Assembly (NCBI GenBank): GCA_041288045.1
Contig: JBGGMM010000176.1
Location: 1-28,722, forward strand
Reading direction: 5' to 3'
From: Pseudobdellovibrionaceae bacterium
Lineage (GTDB): Bacteria > Bdellovibrionota > Bdellovibrionia > Bdellovibrionales > Bdellovibrionaceae
DNA: 28,722 nt
Shown here: positions 1-8,399 of the stretch, in pieces
Position numbering within the stretch: the first letter of the stretch is position 1
How the letters are laid out: each line of letters opens with the position of its first letter
Program-made: the position numbers and the translations under genes
The notes under the pieces: generated by a model
What the model was told of the DNA's origin: nothing
Database searches by the model: none
Seen by the model: the letters and a program-made list of their open reading frames with translations, nothing else

Positions 1-181
1 TATCATGCGAGCTCATGGAACTGTCTCCACCCATTGATGAATCAGTGGTTGAGCCTGACATCGCAGGAGCTGTCGCGGGTGCGGGCGCCGGAGCAGAGGC
101 TGCTTTTTCAGCTTCTTTTTTCTTTGATGAGCAAGCTGAGATCATCAGAACGGCGGCAAAAGTTGCAATGATTGTCTTCAT
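1..181 (-). CDS. Putative lipoprotein, runs off the left edge of the window (not in ORF track)
   Basis: Minus-strand ATG at 181 with an AAGGAGG SD upstream. Translates to MKTIIATFAAVLMISAC-SSKKKEAEKAASAPAPAPATAP: lipobox ISAC followed by an Ala/Pro linker. Confidence 0.75.
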   Translation of the reverse strand, partial: MKTIIATFAAVLMISACSSKKKEAEKAASAPAPAPATAPAMSGSTTDSSMGGDSSMSSHD

Positions 182-231
182 GGTTCCTCCTTAAGACAGA
201 GACAGGTCGAGACATTCGAACCTGTCTGATC

Positions 232-1209
232 TCAGAGGCTGACTGCAAGATGTTCGCCATTTTCTAGAATGACAAAGCGCTCTGTGGGAACTGACAGTTT
301 TGTTAAGGCTTCCTTGAGATGCAGAACAGGATCGCGCATGCCCTCATCGGTGAGCGGCCAAGTTCCCCAATGAATCGCCACACTTTTTTCTGATTTCAAA
401 TCCAAATGGGCCTGAACCGCTTCTTCTGGATTCATATGCTGGTCTTTCATAAACCAACGTGGCTCGTAAGCTCCAATCGGAAGAAAGCTTAAGTCTGGAT
501 TTCCCCATTTTTTTTGAATACTGAGAAAATGATCCGCATATCCAGTATCACCAGCGAAAAAAATCCGCTGTTTGGGCTCACCAACTTCGATCCAAAATCC
601 TCCCCACAAAGAGCGATTGCGATCTCGAGTTCCACGCGCCGACCAATGTTGAGCTGGTGTGAGAAAAATCTGAAGGTCTTTTTTGAAAGTGAATTTTTCC
701 CACCAATTCAACTCGCTGACTTTTGAAGTGTAAATCCCCGCTTCAAACAGAAAATGAAAATTTCGAAGCGGCAAAACAAAGTGCGGGTCAAATTTTTTCC
801 AGATCTCAACCAGCGAAGAAAGGTCCATGTGATCATAGTGGTTGTGACTGACCAAAACCAGATCAATCGGCGGAAGATCTTTGATTTTCAAACCGGGGGA
901 TCGGCGGCGTTTCGGTCCCGCCCAACTGACAGGACTTGTTCTCTCAGAAAAAACAGGATCTGTCAGAATATTGGCTTCAGAGGTTTGTATGAGAACCGTT
1001 GCATGGTTGATCATGACCGTGTGGATTTCTCCAGGTTTCACGGATTTTTTCACTTCAGCCGAAATCTCGCTGTCCACCCAGGCGGGCCAAGCTGTTCGCT
1101 TTTCAAAAGCGATCCATTTGAGAATGTCCAAAAAACCCTTGGGCCGAGTGCGAGTGGGGTTTTCAAAAATTTCATTTTCTTCTTGAATCACGTGCGACCA
1201 ATCCACCAC
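232..1209 (-). CDS. MBL-fold metallo-hydrolase (RomA/NAPE-PLD-like)
   Basis: Motifs LTDPVFS, SHNHYDHMD (HxHxDH), PAQHWSAR, FFAGDTGY, LPIGAYEPRWFM, IHWGT. The ORF is open to 1227; GTG at 1209 (or 1206) follows an AGGAG SD. Confidence 0.88.
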   Translation of the reverse strand: MVDWSHVIQEENEIFENPTRTRPKGFLDILKWIAFEKRTAWPAWVDSEISAEVKKSVKPGEIHTVMINHATVLIQTSEANILTDPVFSERTSPVSWAGPKRRRSPGLKIKDLPPIDLVLVSHNHYDHMDLSSLVEIWKKFDPHFVLPLRNFHFLFEAGIYTSKVSELNWWEKFTFKKDLQIFLTPAQHWSARGTRDRNRSLWGGFWIEVGEPKQRIFFAGDTGYADHFLSIQKKWGNPDLSFLPIGAYEPRWFMKDQHMNPEEAVQAHLDLKSEKSVAIHWGTWPLTDEGMRDPVLHLKEALTKLSVPTERFVILENGEHLAVSL

Positions 1210-1246
1210 ATCCACTCCTGAATTCAAAGGCTATCAAAGAGCGTTC

Positions 1247-1285
1247 AAAAAGAAAAGGGGACCTTGGCCTCAAAGCCGGGTCCCC
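1247..1285 (-). terminator. Rho-independent terminator after the hpf-like gene
   Basis: Minus strand reads GGGGACCCGGC-TTTGAG-GCCAAGGTCCCC followed by TTTTCTTTTT, starting 6 nt after the stop codon. Confidence 0.8.
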
Positions 1286-1291
1286 GATCAG

Positions 1292-1645
1292 TTATGCAGC
1301 CGTGATTGTTCCGGGTGTCGATTTCAGATCATGACGTCGATCCGATCTCTTTTGCAGGATGTGTTTCATTGCTTTAACGGCGCCATTAACGGCATTGTAA
1401 AAATCCGATGATGTCTTATGAGTCTTTAAATATTTTCGCGAACCCGCTGTTTTAATTTGGAATTCACAGACAAAATGAGGTTTGCGTGCTTGATTGCGAT
1501 GGCTGTCCTCGTCGATGCTCACTCTCAAGTGCACATCTTTTTCGTTCTTCAAATAGGAATCGACGAGTGCCAGACAGTGCTCACGCAAAAAATCATCCAT
1601 ACTTTCGGTCTTATCAAAGCCCTTCGTGATAAATTCAGCCCTCAT
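1292..1645 (-). CDS. HPF/RaiA (S30EA) family ribosome-associated protein, short divergent form
   Basis: 117 aa with an AAAGGAG SD. The pattern FITKGFDKTESMDDFLRE...CEFQI...SSDFYNAVNGAVKAMKHILQK matches the HPF/RaiA layout. Confidence 0.72.
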   Translation of the reverse strand: MRAEFITKGFDKTESMDDFLREHCLALVDSYLKNEKDVHLRVSIDEDSHRNQARKPHFVCEFQIKTAGSRKYLKTHKTSSDFYNAVNGAVKAMKHILQKRSDRRHDLKSTPGTITAA

Positions 1646-1815
1646 AACTTCTCCTTTCGTGAGATGCTATTATCTCCCCGTCAGAAGCCAAATCATATTC
1701 AATAACATTGATGATTCGATTCACTTTTTAGAATCTGTTTGAAAGCAAAGAAAAAGCTATTTGATTCCAGTCACTTACCCAAGCAAAGCAAAGCTAATAC
1801 TGGAGCTAAAAATAT

Positions 1816-2181
1816 TTATTTCGAATTTTCTTCATCCGAAGAAGGTAAAGGCACAAAAACAGGCGAATCAGACTTGGGGTCCTGCGTAGCACCCGCTGCA
1901 GCCGCCGGCAGTCTCAGCACGCGGCGACTGATGGGATGAATCACCAACTTGACTGGAGTTCCTTTTTTTCTCGACTCTTCACAAGCCTCATAAAATTGAT
2001 TGTGTTTTGAGTCTTTGCCAATGAAGACGCTGTCTTTGAAATCTTTGAAAAAAACTTCGGTCTCTGGGTGAGCTCGGATCACACGAACCACACCAGAAAT
2101 CTCTTTTCCAGGTGAAACTTCTTGCGCATGCGCTGAAAAAACCAGCATTGACGCCATCATAAGAGCTTGAATTCGATTCAT
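1816..2181 (-). CDS. Small secreted hypothetical protein
   Basis: The ATG at 2181 gives the signal peptide MNRIQALMMASMLVFSAHA-Q. The longer start (2256) would run into the upstream region of the divergent gene. Confidence 0.7.
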   Translation of the reverse strand: MNRIQALMMASMLVFSAHAQEVSPGKEISGVVRVIRAHPETEVFFKDFKDSVFIGKDSKHNQFYEACEESRKKGTPVKLVIHPISRRVLRLPAAAAGATQDPKSDSPVFVPLPSSDEENSK

Positions 2182-2267
2182 CCTCTCAGTTTCTCGAAGC
2201 TTTTTGTGCTTGTCACGGGAGATGCCATTGACAGTCCAGTTGGCTGTGCTTGACACTGGGGATTCTT

Positions 2268-4103
2268 ATGCGGATTTTGCATTTGCTCTCGCAAACTGAG
2301 CTCACTGGTGCTGAGGTTTACGCTCAGAATTTGATCACGACACAGGTCGAGGACCGACATTCGGTTTTTGTCATTTCGGATCGAATTCACGTGCCCCTTC
2401 CTGTTGAATGGAAGAGCTTGCCGATTTCCACAGCTCGTTTTTTTCAGCGCCTTCAAAATATTTTAGAGCTTCGAAAATTTCTGAAAGACAGCCGCATCGA
2501 AGTCATTCACTGCCACTCGCGAGGTGCTGTTCGTCACGCTTTTTGGGCTCGCTTCGGCCTTCAAGTGGCAATGGTCACAAGTCTGCATGGAAGGCAGCAC
2601 TTCTCCTGGTCGAAGCGTTTTTTAAATATCTACGGAGATCTGCAAATTGCAGTCTGTGAAAATGTGAAAAAGGCCATGGAAATTGATTTTCACATGCCAG
2701 GAAGTGCAATTCGTGTTTTGAGAAATCCGATTCCCGCTTGCGAAAAACCAACCAAACCGACAAAGCCATTCCCGCACATTGGCCTCCTCGGTCGAAGCTC
2801 CGGCCCGAAAGGCGAAGGCTTTGAGCAGGTCGGTCTTCACTGTTTTGAAGCTTGGCTGAAGCTGGCGCCACAGCTTCGCATTTCAGTCATCGCTCCCCGC
2901 CCAGAGCGATTCTCGCAAGCTTTTCAAGACAAAGTGAAGAGCTTGAATTTTCAATTTCCAGGGCAGATTCAATTTTTAGGAGAAGTCCCCAAGCTTCGAG
3001 AAAAACTCAATGAGCTGGATCTTACTCTTTGCTCAGGCCGAATCGCAGTTGAAAGTCTTTTGGCGGAAGTGCCTGTTCTTGCCATGGGCGAATCCACCTC
3101 CCATGGCTTGGTCCGCCAGCAAAACCTGCCAGAAGTTCTCAGTTCCAATTTCGGCGACATCGGCTCTGGCTCAATCCAAGGCCAACTGAAAATTCAGCAA
3201 ATCCGGGATGCCGTTTTGGATTTTCTCTCTGGACAAAAAGTTCCTGGCGATGAGCTGACAAAAATTCGCCAATGTCTTGAAGTCGAATTCAACCCTTCTC
3301 ACATCCACCAAGAAGTGATTGAAATTTATCGCGCGGCTCGCATGAAAAGATGGCACCCTCAGTGGATTCCGATTCTCATGTATCACAAAGTTCCGCTTCA
3401 ACCCCTGCAGAGCCAGCACCGGATTTTTGTCACTCAGGCAGTGTTTAAAAAGCAACTCCAGTATCTCAGGCGAAAAGGCTTTCACTCTTTGACTTTCAAG
3501 GAACTCTTTCAATTTTGGATGGGCGAAACTCCGCTGGAGCTTTTTCCCAAAAAACCTCTTCTGCTGACTTTTGACGATGGCTACAAAGACAATTTGGAAA
3601 TCGCCGAGCCTTTGTTGAAACTCTTTCGCTTTCGCGCCACAATTTTCCTTTTGGGAAATCATCAGATTCTTGAAAACACCTGGGATGCAAATACGGGGGA
3701 AAAACCAGCGCCACTGATGTCTTTAGAAGAAAAACAAAGGCTCAGTCCCGCCGTCTGGGAAATCGGTAGCCACGGCTTTGACCATCTGCACCTGCCCGAA
3801 GTGAGCGAAGAAAAAGCTTTCGAAGAAATTCAAAAATCCAAAACAGTTTTGGAAAAAGATCTCTCAACCCAGATCTACTGCTTCGCTTACCCCTTCGGCT
3901 CCACCAATCAAAAAATCGCCGAGCTCGCAAAAAAAGCCAGCTACCCATTTGCTGTCAACACCGACCAAGGCGGCCTGCACCTAGCCGACCAACCCCATTC
4001 GCTTTTCCGAGTGAACATTTTCCCCGAAGACGGAATCTTCCAACTCTGGAAAAAAACCTCAACCTGGTACCGCCGCTACTTTTATCACAAACGCCACCGT
4101 TAG
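2268..4103 (+). CDS. Glycosyltransferase family 4-like domain fused to a polysaccharide deacetylase (CE4/NodB) domain
   Basis: N-terminal MRILHLLSQTELTGAE and VIHCHSR are GT4-like. C-terminal IPILMYHKV, LTFDDGY, EIGSHGFDH and FAYPFG are CE4 motifs. Confidence 0.85.
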   Translation: MRILHLLSQTELTGAEVYAQNLITTQVEDRHSVFVISDRIHVPLPVEWKSLPISTARFFQRLQNILELRKFLKDSRIEVIHCHSRGAVRHAFWARFGLQVAMVTSLHGRQHFSWSKRFLNIYGDLQIAVCENVKKAMEIDFHMPGSAIRVLRNPIPACEKPTKPTKPFPHIGLLGRSSGPKGEGFEQVGLHCFEAWLKLAPQLRISVIAPRPERFSQAFQDKVKSLNFQFPGQIQFLGEVPKLREKLNELDLTLCSGRIAVESLLAEVPVLAMGESTSHGLVRQQNLPEVLSSNFGDIGSGSIQGQLKIQQIRDAVLDFLSGQKVPGDELTKIRQCLEVEFNPSHIHQEVIEIYRAARMKRWHPQWIPILMYHKVPLQPLQSQHRIFVTQAVFKKQLQYLRRKGFHSLTFKELFQFWMGETPLELFPKKPLLLTFDDGYKDNLEIAEPLLKLFRFRATIFLLGNHQILENTWDANTGEKPAPLMSLEEKQRLSPAVWEIGSHGFDHLHLPEVSEEKAFEEIQKSKTVLEKDLSTQIYCFAYPFGSTNQKIAELAKKASYPFAVNTDQGGLHLADQPHSLFRVNIFPEDGIFQLWKKTSTWYRRYFYHKRHR

Positions 4104-4462
4104 GCCTGCTGCCTATCTACTGCCTTTCCCCTCCCAAAATTCTTCAGGTTTTCTGGAAACTCGCCACAGGCGAGCCCCGATGGGGTGAGGCCACGGACAT
4201 GGATGTTCATGATCAGGCGAAGATGTGGGCTTCGCATACCACTTTGGGAAATGACTTCGCGGCGACCCCTCATCCACGATGTTGTCCGTTGGTATGGTGT
4301 GCCAACGGACAACATCGTGGATGGAGGGTCTCAAGCACAGCGGTGCCGAGGGTAAACGTAAATGTGTCCGTCCATGCGAAGGCTTCCAGACGACCATCGT
4401 GGTCGTCTGGCAAATGAATGATAAAGGCAGCTAGCTTGAACGAAAGCATTCGTTGCGGCATT
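4104..4462. repeat. Palindrome-rich intergenic repeat element, copy 1
   Basis: Perfect 22-bp inverted repeat (4271-4292/4302-4323) and perfect 11-bp hairpin (4386-4410). 4323-4413 matches 17721-17811 in reverse complement, ungapped, 77/91 by manual count. Confidence 0.85.
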
Positions 4463-4840
4463 TTAGCCTAGGCTTTTACGAGTGAGCCAAAATCCGCAGT
4501 AGGCGCCGAGCAGTCCCAGAGTTGGGCTGAAGATCAGATAGGTGATAGCTGGGAGAATTTTTTCTTTTTCCAGCATCTGCAGAACTTGAAGCGTGTAAGC
4601 CGAGAAGGTCGTGAAACCTCCGCAGAATCCGACCAGCAGAGCGATTTGAAATCCTGAAGACCAAGCTTCTCTTTCTCCCCAACCGTAGATGAGACCGGCT
4701 AGAAAACTGCCGAGAATGTTCACGGACCAAGTGCTCAGGGGAAAATTTTCGGACCATGGAGCTAAGAGCCGATCAAGGCCATACCTTGAGAGGACTCCGA
4801 AAATTCCAAATGCAGAAATCCACAGCCAAGTAGAAGACAT
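4463..4840 (-). CDS. crcB: Fluoride channel Fluc/CrcB
   Basis: Four hydrophobic segments, SRYG, FPLSTWSVNILGSF and the signature GFCGGFTTFSAY. Confidence 0.93.
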   Translation of the reverse strand: MSSTWLWISAFGIFGVLSRYGLDRLLAPWSENFPLSTWSVNILGSFLAGLIYGWGEREAWSSGFQIALLVGFCGGFTTFSAYTLQVLQMLEKEKILPAITYLIFSPTLGLLGAYCGFWLTRKSLG

Positions 4841-4844
4841 GATT

Positions 4845-6752
4845 TTAAGCAACTCCTAAAGCTCTGAGACCTTGAACCAATGCCACAGCCAACCCGTAGG
4901 CCACAACATTAAAAACCACCAGCTGAATGAGCGCAAAATGCTTGGATTTATTTTCTTTCATTTGAATGGCCACTGTCGACATGCACTGAAGGGCAATCAT
5001 AAAGAAAATCAAAAGGCCTACCACAGTTGCCGGTGTGAAAATCAGAGCGCCTTCAGAATTTGTAGCGGTTTTCATGGTTTCAAGCAAACCCTCTTCTTGC
5101 TGAGATTCATCGGTGATATTGAACATCACCGCCATGGAAGAGACAAAAACTTCGCGAGCTGCAAAAGCTGAAATCAGCCCGACTCCGACTCGCCAGTCGA
5201 CACCCATGGGTTGAAATAGGGGCTCAATACCCTGGCCCATCTGAGCCATGTAGCTGGATTGCAATCGCTCAGGCCCCTCTGCTTGGTAATTTGGGAACGT
5301 CGTTCCCATCCAAATCAAAACAGCAAAAATCAAAATCGGAGGACCCGCCCGACGGACATAGGCCTTCGTACGAACAAAGGCCTGGCGCAAGATGACTCGC
5401 AATTGAGGCCGTCGGTAAATCGGCAGCTCCATCATGAAAAAAGAAGTTTCCGTTTTCACCAGAATCTTATTTAAAATCGCTGCGGCTGTGGCGCCCACCA
5501 GAGCTGCAATGATGTACAGCACAGCCAGCCCAAAGCCCGCCTTCCAGGCAGGTTCGCCGATGAAAAGAAAACCCAAGAGCAAAGAGTAAACAGGGAGCCT
5601 GGCTGAGCAGCTCATCAGCGGAATGACGAAATTGGTGATCCAGCGATCGCGAGAAGAGGAAATATTTCTGGTTGCCATGACGGCTGGAACTGCGCAGGCA
5701 AATCCAGAAAGCAAAGGCACAAAAGATCGTCCGCTCAATCCCACTTTCGAAAATGGTTTATCAATCAAAGTTGCAGCTCTGGCCAAATAGCCAGAAGATT
5801 CCAGCAACCCAATTCCAACAAATAAAATGAAAATCTGCGGAACAAAAATAAAAACGGCGCCGAAGCTTGCGATCACTCCGTTTCCTAAAAAATCACCGAA
5901 AAGTCCGGGGTTGGATTCAGTGGCCCATTCGATTCCAGAAGCGAATATTCCATCCACCCAGTCCATGGCTGGGGCTGCTCCCCAGTAGATGGAACTAAAA
6001 AGCCCCCACATGATCAGGAAGAAGAAAACCAATCCAAAGACGGGATGTAAAAGAAAACGATCCAGCCGCGCTGTTTTTTCATAAACGGCAGAAAGGTTTT
6101 TCCCAGCAGCTCGTGCTTGGCGTGAAGTTTCTTGTGAAAGCCATTCAATTCTTTGCAGAACTTCCGTTGAAATTTTCTCATTCCAGGGGGTCAAGGCCTT
6201 GGGCGGCGGCGACCAAGGAAGCTCAGCCACTGCTTTGACCAGCTCTTGAATCCCCCCACCCAAAAGTCCATCAATGGCAATGGCTCTTGTGCCAAATTCT
6301 TTTTCTAGCACTGTGAGATCCAGTTCAATTTGATTTTTGCGAAGCAGGTCGGACATGGTCACAGCCATCACAAATGAAAAGCCAGCTTCTTTTAACTGCC
6401 GCGCCATCAAGAGATGGCGATTGAGCTGAGTGCCATCCACAACCAAAATAATTTTCCCAGCAGGACCCATCAGAGGATGATTATAAATCGCATTGAGCGT
6501 CACCAACTCGTCCGCACTTTTCGCAAACAGGCTGTAAGTCCCAGGAGTGTCCATCACCGGAAAATCTTGACCCTTGGATTCACTCTTGTAGCGATCCGCC
6601 AGCCGGCCCAGAGAATACTCAATGGTTGCACCTGGATAGTTCACAGTTTTAAAGCGAGAGTTCGTGAGCCAGTTGTAAAGGGTTGTTTTTCCAGAATTCG
6701 GCGCACCGATAAGAGCAACGAAGTGGTCTACAGAATTTCGATCAAGGTGCAT
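4845..6752 (-). CDS. feoB: Ferrous iron transporter FeoB
   Basis: G1 GAPNSGKT, VNYPGATIE, DTPGTYSL; membrane-domain motifs ESSGYLARAA, GFACAVPAVMATR, MSCSARLPVY, FMMELP, AAREVFV. Confidence 0.96.
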   Translation of the reverse strand: MHLDRNSVDHFVALIGAPNSGKTTLYNWLTNSRFKTVNYPGATIEYSLGRLADRYKSESKGQDFPVMDTPGTYSLFAKSADELVTLNAIYNHPLMGPAGKIILVVDGTQLNRHLLMARQLKEAGFSFVMAVTMSDLLRKNQIELDLTVLEKEFGTRAIAIDGLLGGGIQELVKAVAELPWSPPPKALTPWNEKISTEVLQRIEWLSQETSRQARAAGKNLSAVYEKTARLDRFLLHPVFGLVFFFLIMWGLFSSIYWGAAPAMDWVDGIFASGIEWATESNPGLFGDFLGNGVIASFGAVFIFVPQIFILFVGIGLLESSGYLARAATLIDKPFSKVGLSGRSFVPLLSGFACAVPAVMATRNISSSRDRWITNFVIPLMSCSARLPVYSLLLGFLFIGEPAWKAGFGLAVLYIIAALVGATAAAILNKILVKTETSFFMMELPIYRRPQLRVILRQAFVRTKAYVRRAGPPILIFAVLIWMGTTFPNYQAEGPERLQSSYMAQMGQGIEPLFQPMGVDWRVGVGLISAFAAREVFVSSMAVMFNITDESQQEEGLLETMKTATNSEGALIFTPATVVGLLIFFMIALQCMSTVAIQMKENKSKHFALIQLVVFNVVAYGLAVALVQGLRALGVA

Positions 6753-6994
6753 GCGGCCTCCTCTTGTCTCAGAGCCAAGACCGTATTGCCAAAACGAAAG
6801 AGCAAAGGTCCACCGAAAGGCGCCTGCCCCAGGGCAAGAAGCTCAAGCCCCGGGTGAAGTCCCATTTCTTTGAGCCGCTCCACAAGCACTGGTTCTCCGG
6901 AAAATCCTTGAACTTTGGCTTTGAAAGTCTGTGATTTCCCGAGGGAATCCAGACCTGACTTTGAGTGTTTTTGATGAAATTCAGCTAGCGTCAT
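6728..6994 (-). CDS. feoA: Ferrous iron transport protein FeoA
   Basis: ERLKEMGLHPG...APFGGPL...LALRQEEA, overlapping the feoB start. ATG at 6994; the 7405 extension is antisense to the next gene. Confidence 0.9.
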   Translation of the reverse strand: MTLAEFHQKHSKSGLDSLGKSQTFKAKVQGFSGEPVLVERLKEMGLHPGLELLALGQAPFGGPLLFRFGNTVLALRQEEAACTLIEIL

Positions 6995-7129
6995 TGTTAC
7001 TTTCTCTGTTCCAAGTTGATACCTCTTCTCATCGACCTTGGTAAAGAAATTTACATCCTCTCGGCTTGATGAAAGGAAGATGAAAATAAGACTTGAGAAG
7101 CTTTTCAGTTGAGCCGTTGGTCCAACCAG

Positions 7130-8140
7130 ATGAAGGACCACAGACTGAAGACGATTTGGACTTTTCTCCTTTTTTGCGGACTGAGCCTCAGTTCGACGGT
7201 GCAGGCATTTGATGTCTGGAGTTTGCCAATTGAAAGAGAACTGAAAACTCTGAAAATCACCAATCTCACTCGCGAACCGCAAACCCTTTGGGTGGATGAG
7301 ACTCCCATCCAGCTCCCCGCTTACGGCGAAGAAAGCCTGCCCCTCAATCAGTTTGAGGGAAGGCCCTGGATCATCGCAAAAACCGAGAAAAAACAAAGTC
7401 TTCAATTAATGATTGAAAGCAGTTTGCAAACCAAAGTTGTCCTTCCAGCCGGCGCCTCGACAAGCTGGAAAGTCAGACTTCGACCTGAAAGCGAGATTGT
7501 GGTCTTTAACCAAGCTCCCTTTGAACAGAATGTGAGCTTGAGGTTTCCACAGGGTGAATTGGCAAACCTGAGGCTAGGACCTCATGAAAAAAAGAGGGTA
7601 CCGGTCACTGCCTCTTTGACTTCGTCTCTTCTGACAATCACAGGCGAGGCCAGAATCAGCGGCATCCTTTTATCGCCCCTGGGACCTCGGGCTTGGATCC
7701 AGGACCCGACTCCAGTTCGCCTTTCCACACCCACGGAGGCCCGGTATTTTCGCCTGACCAATCAAAATCAATCCCAAAGCTTTATTGTTGGACTGAAAGA
7801 GACCGATCAAATTCTAGCTGCAGAAGCTCAGTTGCAAAATCCCCATCTGTTTTTGCCACGGATTCTAATTGCCCGTGTGGATCAGGGTCATGGCGAGTTC
7901 AATCGCGATCTGAGTTTGAAACTGAAAACTCCTTGGTCCTGGCATGTGGCCGAAGTCTTTCGCTTTGCTGAGCTGGCCTCGCAAGAGTGCGATGGCTCTC
8001 CAGAAATGCTTGAGGAGAACCTAGAGCCTTGGCTCCAATCCGGAGGAGTGATTTGCTTTTGGAATTACCGCATTGTTGAAGAACTCACTTCAGAAAAAGT
8101 CGCCTCTGGTCAGTCCTTGTCTGCTATCCCACAAAAATGA
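7130..8140 (+). CDS. Secreted protein with a C-terminal BP74-like domain
   Basis: Signal peptide ending STVQA. The C-terminal FIVGL...FNRD...PWSWH...ECDGSP...CFWNYRIVEEL resembles the BP74_N pattern (WSxH, CD, CxW). Confidence 0.65.
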   Translation: MKDHRLKTIWTFLLFCGLSLSSTVQAFDVWSLPIERELKTLKITNLTREPQTLWVDETPIQLPAYGEESLPLNQFEGRPWIIAKTEKKQSLQLMIESSLQTKVVLPAGASTSWKVRLRPESEIVVFNQAPFEQNVSLRFPQGELANLRLGPHEKKRVPVTASLTSSLLTITGEARISGILLSPLGPRAWIQDPTPVRLSTPTEARYFRLTNQNQSQSFIVGLKETDQILAAEAQLQNPHLFLPRILIARVDQGHGEFNRDLSLKLKTPWSWHVAEVFRFAELASQECDGSPEMLEENLEPWLQSGGVICFWNYRIVEELTSEKVASGQSLSAIPQK

Positions 8141-8201
8141 ATTGGGTCTAAGCCTTGCACTTTTGAGACAGCATCAATGAACTCAAAAGGAAGGCGGTGT
8201 T

Positions 8202-8396
8202 ATGGCACAAAATCAAGGCTCAAATCCCCAAAAGGAAAAATCAGCTTCTCAACAGCGAGGCAAGGATTTACGTGAAGAAATGCAAGAATCCGCCGAATTC
8301 GGCAATGACTATCGAAGCAGTCATCAAGGAGCTGATACCATTTCAGGTCAGGTGAATCACGGAACTCCGGCGCCAAAGGATTCCAACAAAAAATAG
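8202..8396 (+). CDS. Small hydrophilic hypothetical protein (64 aa)
   Basis: AAGGAAGG SD upstream. It fills the gap and ends 3 bp from the convergent gene. Confidence 0.6.
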   Translation: MAQNQGSNPQKEKSASQQRGKDLREEMQESAEFGNDYRSSHQGADTISGQVNHGTPAPKDSNKK

Positions 8397-8399
8397 GAT

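Noticed and set aside
198..227. Hairpin AGACAGGTCGA...TCGAACCTGTCT after the MBL gene
   Set aside because: Imperfect stem with no U-tract; at most an mRNA stability element.
1760..1780. TGA...CACTTA motifs here and near 25276-25293 as dif or IHF sites
   Set aside because: Too short and mismatched to call; no XerC/XerD arm pairing.
4271..4410. CRISPR array
   Set aside because: These are palindromes, not regularly spaced direct repeats, and no cas genes are present.
4113..4461. Short ORFs inside the repeat (MVVWKPSHG vs MVVWEPSHG at 17737; LPDDHDGRL...TAVLETL in another frame)
   Set aside because: The similarity follows from the DNA repeat. Five of 14 differences are synonymous in one frame, but only 6 of 14 fall at third positions, close to chance. 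Starts and stops are not conserved between copies.
7060..7105. Fur box upstream of feoA
   Set aside because: GATGAAAATAAGACTT is only a weak, non-palindromic match.
6995..7405. Long N-terminal extension of FeoA (225-aa ORF)
   Set aside because: It overlaps the real plus-strand gene antisense; FeoA similarity is confined to the last ~88 aa.
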